64,000 nucleotides of DNA from Sedimentisphaerales bacterium (GTDB lineage Bacteria > Planctomycetota > Phycisphaerae > Sedimentisphaerales > Anaerobacaceae): positions 1,184,001 through 1,248,000 of the forward strand of contig OY970194.1 in assembly GCA_963708075.1 (NCBI GenBank). The letters run 5' to 3'. A program made the position numbers and the translations under genes. Positions 42,785-53,258 of the stretch are shown here, in pieces. The notes under the pieces are model-generated. The model did not search any database, was not told where the DNA came from, and was given only the letters and a program-made list of their open reading frames with translations. Position 1 is the stretch's first letter. Each line of letters begins with the position of its first letter.

Positions 42785-43324
42785 CTACTCGACTGTTACC
42801 TCGTCCTTTCCATCCGATTCGACGAGGTTGACTTGAACGGAACGCTGGGGCTCTACGTCGGCCGCACAGCCTGCATAGTCAGCCTGGATGGGCAGCTCTC
42901 GTCCGGCTCGTTCCACGAGGACGGCCAGCCGGATCGCCTTGGGCCGCCCCAGGTCAATCAGGGCGTCCATGGCGGCCCGAGTGGATCGGCCGGTGTATAA
43001 CACGTCATCCACCAGGATGATGATCTTATCATCGATGTTGAACCCGATCTCCGTCGTGCGGACCTGGGGCTGACCGCTGCCGTGGGGGGCGTTCAGGTCG
43101 TCCCGGTAAAGTGTGATGTCGAGTGTGCCGCACGGGACAGGCTTGCCAAGCCGCTGCGAGAGGTAAGTCGCCAATCTCTGGGCGATGATCTCGCCGCGGC
43201 TGCGAATGCCGATAATCGCCAGATCGTGCTTGGGCGAACTCTGGGCCGCAATCTCGTCTGCCAGATCGTGCAGGATTCGGTCCATCTGTCCTGCGTCCAA
43301 GAGTACTTCCATAGCCGCATCCAC
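42785..43324 (-). CDS. pyrR: PyrR bifunctional regulator/uracil phosphoribosyltransferase
   Basis: GIRSRG, LDITLYRDD, LVDDVLYTGRS, RELPIQAD. Confidence 0.96.
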   Translation of the reverse strand: MDAAMEVLLDAGQMDRILHDLADEIAAQSSPKHDLAIIGIRSRGEIIAQRLATYLSQRLGKPVPCGTLDITLYRDDLNAPHGSGQPQVRTTEIGFNIDDKIIILVDDVLYTGRSTRAAMDALIDLGRPKAIRLAVLVERAGRELPIQADYAGCAADVEPQRSVQVNLVESDGKDEVTVE

Positions 43325-43855
43325 CGTTCAGTCGTCAATTGCCGGCCGTCAGCCATCCACCGCCGGCGCCTACGACTATATCGACCAAAGCCCGGCAAGA
43401 CAAGCCCATAATAATGATTGTGGGTGTTGCGGCACAACGGATGGGTGGCAGCGGCAAGCGGTCAGCTTGCCGATGGCTCACACGTATCGGGGCCCACCAT
43501 CGGCAAGCTCCGCGGGCTCCGCTTGCCGCTGCCACCCGGGCCCGGTAGGAGTGCCCAAGTACCTGAAGTGAGCGCCGTCCCACCGTGTGACCGTCCGGTA
43601 AGATGGGATTTCTCTGGCCTGATTTCGAGAATCTGCTTTGTCTGTACTGCCAGAGATGGTATGATAGGGGCTATAGGCGGAATTTGCTTGAAACGGACCA
43701 TGGTTTCTGGTATCATGAGGCCAGTCCTATGGAGGATGGACTTCGATGAGCTTCGTCGAACGGAGCTTCTCCGCGACGGAGGTCAGCATCTGGGGGAACA
43801 GGGGCAGGGGCGTACCAGCAGGCATTTTCCACCGCCACAAGGGCTTTGGGTGAAG

Positions 43856-45607
43856 ATGGTGCATAGATTGTCCATTTCCATGATAAGACTGTGGATCGCC
43901 GGTGTGGTGATTGGTTCGACGGCGTTCGCCGGCCGGGCGGTGGCTCAGAACGACCCCGCAACTCAACCTCAGGGGCTGAACTGGGCCGGCATTTATGCTC
44001 TGCGCGGACTGGATCCGAATCTGACAGGCGGCGGCGTGCGAGTAGGAGTGATCTGCCGCAGTTTCACAAACCACAATGATGAGCCTCAATACGACTATTC
44101 GCCCAATGTGAACCATAGCTGTTTTCAGAGTGCAAAGCTGCATCTGTACGATGACGGCCAAGCGCCGGCGAGCACATCGCCGCATGAGACGGCCGTCTGC
44201 TCCATCCTGTTTGGGGAGGACCCGCTGGGAAACGCCTCGAACCTGGAGCCGTTCGCATATCAGGGTGCTGTGCCGGCTGCGGAAGGGCACATCTACGAAC
44301 TGCGCCACTTCATAACCCAGTACGTGTTCGCACAGAAGAAACCGGCGGTCGATCTTGTGACGGCCAGTTTCGGAGATCCTCTCGATCGCTGGTGGACGCG
44401 AGGCGTCGAATCGCTGGCGGAACACGAGGGTTTGCCCGTCTTCGCGAGCATCGGCAATGGCACCGACGCCTCTGAGCCACCTCTGTACCCGGGCGCCGGA
44501 TCGAACACAATTGGCGTCGGCGTCGTGAGCCCGGTCAACGCCGATGACCCCGCAACGAGCCTGGCGTACTTCAGCCTGCCGCACCCGGAGCAGTCGAGCC
44601 GGGGGCCGACCGACGACGGCCGCTGCAAGCCTGATCTGATCGCGCCGGGCAACTGCCTTGTAGCCGGGCCCGAGGGCGATCAGGGCTATACGATGTCCGG
44701 CACGTGGTCGAGCTTCTCGACGCCCGTGGCCGCCGGCGCCGCCGGGCTGCTGATCCAGGCGGCCAAGCAGGACAAACGCCTCGACGGCATCCTCTCGCCC
44801 GACGGCGGCAACTGCCTCTTGAAGGCCATCCTGATGACCTCGGCCACGAAACTGCCATACTGGCACAAGGGCCGGCTGACCCCGGAGGATGATCGTGAGA
44901 TGCCTCTCGATTACACGCAAGGCGCTGGCATGGTCAACGCGGTGCGTGCCCATCAAGTGCTGACGGCGGGGCGGGGCAATCCCGGCAATGTCCCGGCAAC
45001 GGGATGGGATTTGAATCGCCTCGAAGGCAGCCAGGTCCTTCAGCAGGTTTATCGCGTCGTGCTGGAGGAGCCGGCGAGCAAGATGCTGACCGTGACGCTT
45101 GTCTGGAACAGGCACTACAGTCAGAAGTATCCGTTCGATCGGCTCTCGGACAGCGACACGAACCTTCGGCTGGAAGTGTGGGCGATTGACCCGACGAATC
45201 CCAACAGCAGTGTCCTGCTGGATTGCAGCGACAGCAAAGTGGACAACGTCGAGCACGTCCACGTTGAGATGGCGGCCGGGTACACGTCCTACGCGATCGT
45301 GGTCTCCTACAGCAATCCCAGTGAGCGCGACCTCCCGGGTGAGCGGTATGGACTCGCCTGGAGCGTCGAGGACAAGCCTGCAGAGGACCGGAATATCCTT
45401 TGGGAGGACCTGAACGCCGACGGCATCGTGAATGAGCAGGATCTCGAGATCGTGCTGAAGAACCTGATGGCGGGTCAGAAATCGCCTGAGGCGTATCTGC
45501 TCGGCGATATCAACATGGATGGGGCCATCGACGTCAACGATGTGAAGGCGGTGAACGCCCGTCTGAACCGCAAGGCGGATTGGTACGCCGGCGACACCGC
45601 AAACTAA
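43856..45607 (+). CDS. Divergent S8/subtilase-like secreted protein with a C-terminal dockerin-like domain
   Basis: HETAV, SIGNG, SSRGPT.DGRCKPDLIAPG, SFSTPVAAG; DLNADG.VN..D and GDINMDG.ID..D repeats. Confidence 0.8.
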   Translation: MVHRLSISMIRLWIAGVVIGSTAFAGRAVAQNDPATQPQGLNWAGIYALRGLDPNLTGGGVRVGVICRSFTNHNDEPQYDYSPNVNHSCFQSAKLHLYDDGQAPASTSPHETAVCSILFGEDPLGNASNLEPFAYQGAVPAAEGHIYELRHFITQYVFAQKKPAVDLVTASFGDPLDRWWTRGVESLAEHEGLPVFASIGNGTDASEPPLYPGAGSNTIGVGVVSPVNADDPATSLAYFSLPHPEQSSRGPTDDGRCKPDLIAPGNCLVAGPEGDQGYTMSGTWSSFSTPVAAGAAGLLIQAAKQDKRLDGILSPDGGNCLLKAILMTSATKLPYWHKGRLTPEDDREMPLDYTQGAGMVNAVRAHQVLTAGRGNPGNVPATGWDLNRLEGSQVLQQVYRVVLEEPASKMLTVTLVWNRHYSQKYPFDRLSDSDTNLRLEVWAIDPTNPNSSVLLDCSDSKVDNVEHVHVEMAAGYTSYAIVVSYSNPSERDLPGERYGLAWSVEDKPAEDRNILWEDLNADGIVNEQDLEIVLKNLMAGQKSPEAYLLGDINMDGAIDVNDVKAVNARLNRKADWYAGDTAN

Positions 45608-45660
45608 GGGTTGGTCGTCAGTCTTATCTCCATTCTGCAAGACTCCACATTGAAGCAGAG

Positions 45661-47094
45661 ATGGATACTATGTACGGCAACAGACTGCTCATCTCGGTAA
45701 TCATAGTCTGGCTCATCGCAGGCCCGGTGGCGGCGGAGAGCTGGCGGTTCGTCGTGATGGGCGACAGCCGGGCAGGTAACATGACCGGCGTGAATGAGAA
45801 GGTGCTCTCCGAGCTCGTAAACGAATGCCTGCAGCGTGACATCGATTTCGTGCTGTTTCCAGGTGATCTGGTCCATGGCCCAGGAGTTGATACCGCGCTC
45901 TTCGAGGAGCAATTGTGGAACTGGGTACGGGTGATGCGGCCGTTATATGATGCGGGAATCCGCGTCTATGTCTGTCGGGGGAATCACGAGATCGCAGACA
46001 TGTGGTATGCTCTGCCGGACGAGCTGCCGGATCCGGCCGACAATCGTGCCGGGAGATGGCTGAGAGTATTCGGCAACGATGAGCACCCGCTGTATGAACT
46101 GCCTGACAACGGACCCGACAGCGAGAAACACATGTCGTATTCCGTCGTGCACAGGAATGCTCTGGTAGTCGGCCTTGACCAGTATGGCGGGATGAACTAT
46201 CGCCCCGTTCACTATGTCAATCAGGAATGGCTCAGTTCTGAGCTCGAAAGGAACGTGCAGCCGCACGTCTTCGTGTTCGGGCACGAGCCGGCGTTTCGCA
46301 CCCTGCACTACGATTGTCTGGATGCTCATCCGGACCGGCGCGACGCGTTGTGGCTGAGCCTCAAAGCCGCCGGGGGGCGGGCCTATTTCTGCTGTCACGA
46401 TCACTACTACGATCATGCGCGCGTGGACGACGGGGACGGAGATCCCGATAACGACATTCATCAGCTCATCGCAGCCACGGCCGGCGCCCCATCCTACACC
46501 TGGACGCCGCCATACGATGGGAACAACAGCGATTTCACCGTGGAGCAGATGTACCACGCGGAGCGGTACGGCTATGTGCTTGTCAACGTGGATGATCTGG
46601 ACGTGACCATGGCCTGGATGGAGCGGCGGGACATCAACCCTCTGGCGCCCCCGTTCTATGAAGCCAGGGAGATCTGGCAGTACAAGGTTTCACCCAACGT
46701 GGTGGTGCTCCGCCCGCGTGCCGGCGAGCAGGTTCCGGCGGGCCGGCCCTACACGATCCGCTGGAAAACCATCGAAGGGGCACAGGCCAGACGGATCCTC
46801 ATTCAGTACTCCCTCGATGCCGGCGCTCAATGGTCCACTGCGGGTGAGGCCGACAACACCGGCACATACGTGTGGTCCACGCCGACGGTGGATTCAGACT
46901 CCTGCCTCGTGAGGATTGCCGGAGTGGGCAATCCGCAGGTCAGCGATACGACGGATGGCACGTTCTCCATCGCCAAATGTCCCGTCAGACGAACCGCCGA
47001 CCTGAACGGCGACTGCCAGGTGGATTTCACCGACCTGGCGATCCTGGCCGGCGAGTGGCTCACCGGCGATTTGTCACCGAACACCGCGAAGTAA
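45661..47094 (+). CDS. Secreted calcineurin-like metallophosphoesterase with Ig-like and dockerin-like C-terminus
   Basis: GDSR, PGDLV, RGNHE, FGHEP, CHDH; ADLNGDCQVDFTDL. Confidence 0.85.
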   Translation: MDTMYGNRLLISVIIVWLIAGPVAAESWRFVVMGDSRAGNMTGVNEKVLSELVNECLQRDIDFVLFPGDLVHGPGVDTALFEEQLWNWVRVMRPLYDAGIRVYVCRGNHEIADMWYALPDELPDPADNRAGRWLRVFGNDEHPLYELPDNGPDSEKHMSYSVVHRNALVVGLDQYGGMNYRPVHYVNQEWLSSELERNVQPHVFVFGHEPAFRTLHYDCLDAHPDRRDALWLSLKAAGGRAYFCCHDHYYDHARVDDGDGDPDNDIHQLIAATAGAPSYTWTPPYDGNNSDFTVEQMYHAERYGYVLVNVDDLDVTMAWMERRDINPLAPPFYEAREIWQYKVSPNVVVLRPRAGEQVPAGRPYTIRWKTIEGAQARRILIQYSLDAGAQWSTAGEADNTGTYVWSTPTVDSDSCLVRIAGVGNPQVSDTTDGTFSIAKCPVRRTADLNGDCQVDFTDLAILAGEWLTGDLSPNTAK

Positions 47095-47272
47095 CCCCAA
47101 GAACCGTGAACATCCGAGTCGGGTGCCCTTCGCAGGTTGTGCGTACCCGCGCAACCTTGGGCAAGCGGGGACGCTCGCCCTACCTGACAAATCCCCTTTC
47201 CTTCCCGTGCAGTTTCTGGTACAACTACCGCGAATTGCAGAACTCCACCATGGACAGGGATACAGGTGCGCT

Positions 47273-48562
47273 ATGACGGGTCAGCTTCTCATCAAGAACG
47301 GGCGGGTCATCGACCCCACGAACAATCTCGATAAGAAATGCGATGTGCTGATCTCCGACGGCAAGGTGGCCGAAGTGGGCCAGCTCAACGGCCAGGTCGA
47401 GAAGTCGGCGTCGCGGGTCATCGACGCCACGGGCAAGATCGTGACGCCCGGGCTGATCGACATTCACGTGCATTTCCGCGAGCCAGGGGATGAGGAAGAA
47501 GAGACGATCGCCAGCGGCTCCGCCGCGGCTGTGGCGGCCGGATTCACATCGGTCGTCTGCATGCCCAACACCAACCCCGCGATTGAGAGCGAGACCGACG
47601 TCGAGTACGTCCATCGCAAGGGCCGCCAGACGAGGAAGACCCACGTCTATGTCATGGGCGCGATCACGAAGAAACGCGAGGGGGTCGAGCTGGCCGAGAT
47701 GGGCCTGATGGCCGAGGCGGGGGCCCGCGGCTTCACCGATGACGGCAACGGCGTGCAGAACCCGGCGATCATGCTCCGGGCCCTCAAGTACGCCAAGATG
47801 TTCGACGTGGTGGTCGCCCAGCATTGCCAGGACAACAACTTCGCCGGCAACGGCGTGATGAACGCGGGCTATTACTCGACGATCCTGGGCCTGCCCGGCA
47901 TCGACGCCCTGGCGGAGGAGGCGATGCTCTGGCGGGATATCCAGTTGGTCAGACGGGCCCAGGTACGATACCACGCTCAGCACATCTCGACCGCCGGCTC
48001 TGTGGAGCTGATCCGCCAGGCGAAGAAGGATTCGCTGCCGATCACATGCGAAGTCACGCCCCATCACCTGCTGCTGACCGAGGAACTCTGCGCGGAGTAC
48101 GATACGAATTACAAGGTCAACCCGCCTCTGCGGAGCCAAAAGGACGTAGAGGCTTTGAAACAGGCGATCGCCGAGGGCCTGGTCGATGCGTTGGCCAGCG
48201 ACCACGCGCCGCACCTGCAAAGCGAAAAGGAGCTGGAATTCCTGGCGGCGCCGTTTGGGATCGTAAGTCTGGAGTGTGCGCTGGGGCTGTACGTGAAGGC
48301 GCTGATCGAGCCGAAGATCCTCGATTGGCCCGGCTTGATCCGGCTGATGACGGTAAACCCGGCGAAGATTATCGGGATTGACAAGGGCACGCTCAGCCGG
48401 GGCAAGCAGGGCGATGTTACCATCATCGACCCGGACGCCCAGTGGCAGATCGACGCGACCAAGTTCGTCTCCAAGGGCCGCAACTGCCCCTATCACGGCT
48501 GGACCATCAAAGGCAAAGCCGAAAAGACCATCGTCGGCGGAGAAGTACGCTTCGAGGCCTGA
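47273..48562 (+). CDS. pyrC: Dihydroorotase (type I)
   Basis: PGLIDIHVHFREPG, MPNT, TCEVTPHH, KVNPPLR, ASDHAPH. Confidence 0.96.
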   Translation: MTGQLLIKNGRVIDPTNNLDKKCDVLISDGKVAEVGQLNGQVEKSASRVIDATGKIVTPGLIDIHVHFREPGDEEEETIASGSAAAVAAGFTSVVCMPNTNPAIESETDVEYVHRKGRQTRKTHVYVMGAITKKREGVELAEMGLMAEAGARGFTDDGNGVQNPAIMLRALKYAKMFDVVVAQHCQDNNFAGNGVMNAGYYSTILGLPGIDALAEEAMLWRDIQLVRRAQVRYHAQHISTAGSVELIRQAKKDSLPITCEVTPHHLLLTEELCAEYDTNYKVNPPLRSQKDVEALKQAIAEGLVDALASDHAPHLQSEKELEFLAAPFGIVSLECALGLYVKALIEPKILDWPGLIRLMTVNPAKIIGIDKGTLSRGKQGDVTIIDPDAQWQIDATKFVSKGRNCPYHGWTIKGKAEKTIVGGEVRFEA

Positions 48563-48563
48563 C

Positions 48564-48779
48564 ATGAGTATGCAACGTGATGTTCTGCTTAGGAAGGTGA
48601 AGCAAGCCGTGGGCGAGGTAGAGCCAGCGGCTCAGATCGTGCTGTATGGGTCTCAGGCACGGGGTGATTCTGATGCACAGTCCGATTGGGATTTCCTGAT
48701 TCTCGTGGACGGCCGTGTCACCGATGATGGCGTAGACAGGATTCGCTACCAACTCTACGAGATCGTCGTGAAGAACTGA
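48564..48779 (+). pseudogene. Truncated minimal nucleotidyltransferase (MNT, antitoxin-like)
   Basis: LYGSQARGD...SDWDFLIL; only 71 aa; no adjacent HEPN partner. Confidence 0.7.
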
Positions 48780-48931
48780 TAGTGGCCCCCAGTTAGAATG
48801 CAGCATAGTACGGGGATTGTGATGGAGGGTTTGGCGGAACGTGAACAAAGGGCACATTTCGATACTATTATGTGTAGATCATTGGGCTTCATACGGCACC
48901 GTCGGCCGACGTACCGAGGGGCACTGAGATT

Positions 48932-49411
48932 ATGACGATTGTGGATGGGAATAACCTGTTGTGGGCGCTCCATGAGAGCTTTGACGAGCGGGAGATTACG
49001 AGGGAGATCGATCTGTGCCGGGTTCTGAGCCGGTACTTCGCGCTAATGGCGGAAGACGGCCAGGTCGTGTTTGACGGCGGCGGGCCGGCGCGCCGGGATG
49101 ATTTCGAGAGCGTGAGCAACATCGAGGTCATCTTCGCCGGTTTCCACAAGGACAGCGACAGTGTCATCGAGGAGAAGATCAAGGCCAATACGGCTCCGCG
49201 GCGGCTGACGGTGGTCAGCAGCGACCGCAGGCTGCGCAAGGCCGCAGCGGTGCGCAAGGCGACCGCCGTCAAGTCCGAGGACTTCTGGGAGGAGGTCCAG
49301 AAGGAACTGCGGCGAGGAAAGCCCCGGAAGAAGGAGCCAAAAGGGAAGAAGGAAGGGCTCACCGAGGGCGAGACACAACAGTGGATGGACCTGTTCGGCC
49401 TGGACCAATAG
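48932..49411 (+). CDS. YacP-like NYN/PIN domain protein
   Basis: IVDGNNL, VVFDG, SDSVIE, VVSSDRRL, SEDF. Confidence 0.85.
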   Translation: MTIVDGNNLLWALHESFDEREITREIDLCRVLSRYFALMAEDGQVVFDGGGPARRDDFESVSNIEVIFAGFHKDSDSVIEEKIKANTAPRRLTVVSSDRRLRKAAAVRKATAVKSEDFWEEVQKELRRGKPRKKEPKGKKEGLTEGETQQWMDLFGLDQ

Positions 49412-49436
49412 CCCCTTTTCCGGCGGGAGATTTGTG

Positions 49437-49465
49437 TTGCCTGAGCGGCCGGCATAGTGTATAAG
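49437..49465 (+). promoter_or_regulatory. Candidate sigma70 promoter for nifJ
   Basis: TTGCCT-17 nt-TATAAG. Confidence 0.45.
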
Positions 49466-49613
49466 GTCGGGTCTTCTGTGTGCAATTTGCGTGAACGCAG
49501 GGGACCGCTTTTTGCGCAAGTGGGCGCACAGGACGTAGTTTAGAGGCCGCCCGCGAGGGGAGGCTCTTAAGCTAAGTGCTTTACTGTTCATACTTTACAG
49601 AAGTGGAGATGAT

Positions 49614-52600
49614 ATGAAGCGTAGAATGGTGACGATTGACGGCAACGCGGCGGCGGCGCACGTCGCCCATGCGACGAATGAAGTCATTGCGATCTATCCG
49701 ATCACGCCGAGCTCCCCGATGGGCGAGATCGCGGATGCCAAGACCGCCAAGAGCGAGATGAACATCTGGGGAACCGTTCCGTCGGTCACCGAAATGCAGT
49801 CTGAGGCGGGTGCGGCGGGGGCCGTGCACGGGGCCCTTACGGCCGGCGCGCTGACGACGACGTTCACGGCCTCGCAGGGTCTGCTGCTGATGATTCCGAA
49901 TATGTATAAGATCGCGGGCGAATTGCTGCCCGCGGTCTTTCATGTAACTGCCCGCTCCCTGGCCACCCACGCACTGTCCATCTTCGGCGATCATGGCGAC
50001 GTCATGACCTGCCGCGAGACGGGTTGGGCCATGCTCTGTGCGTCCAGCGTGCAGGAAGCGATGGACTTTGCCCTGATCTCCCAGCAGGCGACGCTGGCCT
50101 CCCGCGTGCCGTTCCTGCACTTCTTCGACGGCTTCCGCACGAGCCACGAGGAGCAGAAGGTCGAAGAACTGACGTACGATGACATGCGTGCGATGATTGA
50201 CGACAGCCTGGTGGCCCAGCATAAGGCCCGGGCGTTGACGCCGGAGCACCCGATGATCGGCGGCACCGCCCAGAACCCGGACGTGTACTTCCAGGGCCGC
50301 GAGACCTGCAACCCGTTCTATCTGGCTACGCCAAAGATCGTCGAAGAGACGATGAACAAGTTCGCCAAGCTGGTCGGCCGCCAGTACAAGCTGTTCGACT
50401 ACGTCGGCGCACCCGACGCCGAGAAGATCATCATCATCATGGGCAGCGGCGCCGATACCGTGCACGAGACGGTCGATTATCTGAACTCGCAGGGCGAGAA
50501 GGTCGGCGTGGTGAAGGTGCGGCTGTTCCGGCCGTTCAGCACGAAGCATTTTATGGCGATCCTGCCCAAGACCGTCAAGAAGATCGCCGTGCTGGACAGG
50601 ACGAAGGAGCCCGGCGCGCTGGGCGAGCCGATGTACCTCGATATCCGGACCGCGATCGGCGAAGCGATGGCCGACGGCATCTCGCCGTTCGACAAATACC
50701 CTGTGGTCGTCGGCGGCCGTTACGGCCTGGGCTCGAAGGAATTCACTCCGGCGATGGTCAAGGCCGTATTCGACAATCTCGACACCGCCAAGCCGAAGAG
50801 GGGCTTCACGGTCGGGATTATCGATGATGTGACGAACACGAGTCTTGACGTCGATGACTCCTTCCAGATTCCCGCCGAGGGAATGTACCGTGCGATGTTC
50901 TTCGGGCTGGGCTCGGACGGCACGGTCGGCGCCAACAGAAACTCCATCAAAATCATCGGCGAGTCGACCGACAATTACGCCCAGGCCTATTTCGTATATG
51001 ATTCCAGGAAGGCCGGGACCATGACGGTCTCGCACCTGCGGTTCGGCGAAAAGCCCATTCAGCGTCCGTACCTGATCAACCAGGCGGACTTCGTGGCGTG
51101 CCATAATCCGAGCTTCCTCGAGAAGTACGAGATGCTGGCCTCGCTGCGCAAGGGCGGCACGTTCCTGCTGACCACGTTCCACGGTGCAGACAAGGTCTGG
51201 GACACCCTGCCGCAGGAGATCCAGAGGCAGATCATCGACAAGAAGGCCAGGTTCTACGTGATCGATGCGATCTCGCTGGCCCAGGAGATCGGGCTCGGCG
51301 CCCGCATCAACGTGATCATGCAGACGGCGTTCTTCAAGATCAGCAACATCATCCCGCTCGATCAGGCGATCAAACAGATCAAGGACGCCATTCGCAAGAC
51401 CTACGGCAAGCGAGGCGAGAAGGTCATCGAGATGAACAATGCCGCCGTGGACAAGGCCATTGACCGGGTGTACGAGGTCAAGGTTCCGGGCAAGGTCACG
51501 AGCAAGATCAAGCTGCCGCCGGTAGTGCCGGCGAATGCTCCGGAGTTCGTGCGGACGGTCACCGCCGAGCTGATGGCGATGCGCGGCGACTCCGTGCCGG
51601 TCAGCAAGTTCCCGGTGGATGGCCGGTTCCCCGTGGGTACGACCCAGTACGAGAAGCGAAACATCGCGGTGAACATCCCGATTTGGCAGCCGGAGTTGTG
51701 CATCCAGTGCGGCATGTGCTCGTTCGTGTGCCCGCACGCCACGATTCGGATCAAGGCGTACGATCCCAAGGTGCTTGAAAAGGCCCCCTCAACGTTCAAA
51801 AACGCCGAGGCCAAGGGCAAGGAATTCAAGGGCCTGAAGTTCACCGTCCAGGTGGCTCCGGAAGACTGCACCGGCTGCGGGGCCTGCGTGCAGACCTGCC
51901 CCGGCATCGAGCGCGGCCCGGACAAGCAGCCGACCGGCCGCAAGGCCATCAACATGGAAATGCAGGAGCCGATCCGCCAGCGCGAGCGGGCCAACTACAG
52001 CTTCTTCCTCTCGATCCCGAACACGGATCGCTCGCTGTTCAAGGCGAACACGGTCAAAGGCAGCCAGTTGATCCAGCCCTTGTTTGAATACTCGGGCGCC
52101 TGCGCCGGCTGCGGCGAGACGGCCTACGTCAAGCTGCTGTCTCAACTGTTCGGCGATCGCGCGTACATCGGCAATGCGACCGGATGCTCGTCCATCTATG
52201 GCGGCAACCTGCCGACGACGCCCTATACGACGCGTCCGGACGGTCGCGGCCCGGCCTGGTGCAACAGCCTCTTTGAGGACAACACCGAATTCGCGATGGG
52301 CATGAGACTGACCGTCGATCAGTTCAAGCTGATCGCACTGAATGCACTCGACAAAGTGGTCCAGAAAGGATGCGTGGACGGGCAACTGGCGTCCGACATC
52401 CGGGCGGCGACCCAGGCCGATGATCCTGAACAGAACGCCATCGAAGAGCAGCGCGGCCGCGTCGAGCAATTGAAGACGCAGTGCCGCAAGAGCGGCGATT
52501 GCGCCGAATGCAAGCTCCTGCTCACCGTGGCGGACTTTCTGGTCCGAAAGAGCGTCTGGGCGGTCGGCGGCGACGGCTGGGCCTATGACATCGGCTACGG

Positions 52601-53249
52601 CGGATTGGATCACGTGCTGGCCAGCGGCAGGAACGTCAATGTGCTCGTGCTGGACACCGAGGTTTACTCGAACACCGGTGGTCAGATGTCGAAATCGACG
52701 CCGCGGGCGGCCGTGGCGAAGTTCGCAGCGGCCGGCAAGCCCTCCCCGAAGAAAGACCTGGGCCTGCTCGCCATGGTGTACGGGAATATCTATGTCGCCA
52801 AGGTGGCGATGGGCGCCAATCCGAGTCAGGCCGTGAAGGCCTTTGCCGAGGCGGAAGCCTATCCGGGCCCCTCGTTGATCATCGCCTACTCTCACTGCAT
52901 CAATCAGGGCTTCAATCTGACGACCGGCTACGAGGAGCAGAAGAAGGCGGTGGCCTGCGGTCACTGGCCGTTATACCGGTTCGACCCCCGGCTCAAGGCG
53001 CAGGGCAAGAACCCGCTGCAGCTCGACTCCAAGCCGCCGACCATGGAGTTCTCCGAGTATGCATACAACGAGGACCGGTACCGTTCGCTGAAGCAGTCGA
53101 AACCGGAAGCGGCGGCGGAGCTGATGAAGCTCGCCAACCGCGACGCTGTTGAACGATATGCATTGATGGAGCAGCTTGCCGGCCTGAAATGTGGACAGGA
53201 CCAGCAGGGGGCTCCGAAGCCAGGTCCCGAAGGCGAAAAGCAGTCATAG
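49614..53249 (+). CDS. nifJ: Pyruvate:ferredoxin (flavodoxin) oxidoreductase
   Basis: IYPITPSS, EMQSEAGA, GLGSDGTVG, two CxxCxxCxxxCP motifs, GACAGCGE, GGDGWAYDIG; 1211 aa. Confidence 0.98.
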   Translation: MKRRMVTIDGNAAAAHVAHATNEVIAIYPITPSSPMGEIADAKTAKSEMNIWGTVPSVTEMQSEAGAAGAVHGALTAGALTTTFTASQGLLLMIPNMYKIAGELLPAVFHVTARSLATHALSIFGDHGDVMTCRETGWAMLCASSVQEAMDFALISQQATLASRVPFLHFFDGFRTSHEEQKVEELTYDDMRAMIDDSLVAQHKARALTPEHPMIGGTAQNPDVYFQGRETCNPFYLATPKIVEETMNKFAKLVGRQYKLFDYVGAPDAEKIIIIMGSGADTVHETVDYLNSQGEKVGVVKVRLFRPFSTKHFMAILPKTVKKIAVLDRTKEPGALGEPMYLDIRTAIGEAMADGISPFDKYPVVVGGRYGLGSKEFTPAMVKAVFDNLDTAKPKRGFTVGIIDDVTNTSLDVDDSFQIPAEGMYRAMFFGLGSDGTVGANRNSIKIIGESTDNYAQAYFVYDSRKAGTMTVSHLRFGEKPIQRPYLINQADFVACHNPSFLEKYEMLASLRKGGTFLLTTFHGADKVWDTLPQEIQRQIIDKKARFYVIDAISLAQEIGLGARINVIMQTAFFKISNIIPLDQAIKQIKDAIRKTYGKRGEKVIEMNNAAVDKAIDRVYEVKVPGKVTSKIKLPPVVPANAPEFVRTVTAELMAMRGDSVPVSKFPVDGRFPVGTTQYEKRNIAVNIPIWQPELCIQCGMCSFVCPHATIRIKAYDPKVLEKAPSTFKNAEAKGKEFKGLKFTVQVAPEDCTGCGACVQTCPGIERGPDKQPTGRKAINMEMQEPIRQRERANYSFFLSIPNTDRSLFKANTVKGSQLIQPLFEYSGACAGCGETAYVKLLSQLFGDRAYIGNATGCSSIYGGNLPTTPYTTRPDGRGPAWCNSLFEDNTEFAMGMRLTVDQFKLIALNALDKVVQKGCVDGQLASDIRAATQADDPEQNAIEEQRGRVEQLKTQCRKSGDCAECKLLLTVADFLVRKSVWAVGGDGWAYDIGYGGLDHVLASGRNVNVLVLDTEVYSNTGGQMSKSTPRAAVAKFAAAGKPSPKKDLGLLAMVYGNIYVAKVAMGANPSQAVKAFAEAEAYPGPSLIIAYSHCINQGFNLTTGYEEQKKAVACGHWPLYRFDPRLKAQGKNPLQLDSKPPTMEFSEYAYNEDRYRSLKQSKPEAAAELMKLANRDAVERYALMEQLAGLKCGQDQQGAPKPGPEGEKQS

Positions 53250-53258
53250 GAAAATGAT

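Noticed and set aside
43330..43850. PyrR attenuator RNA upstream of pyrR
   Set aside because: I could not identify the PyrR-binding loop consensus or a terminator/antiterminator pair by eye
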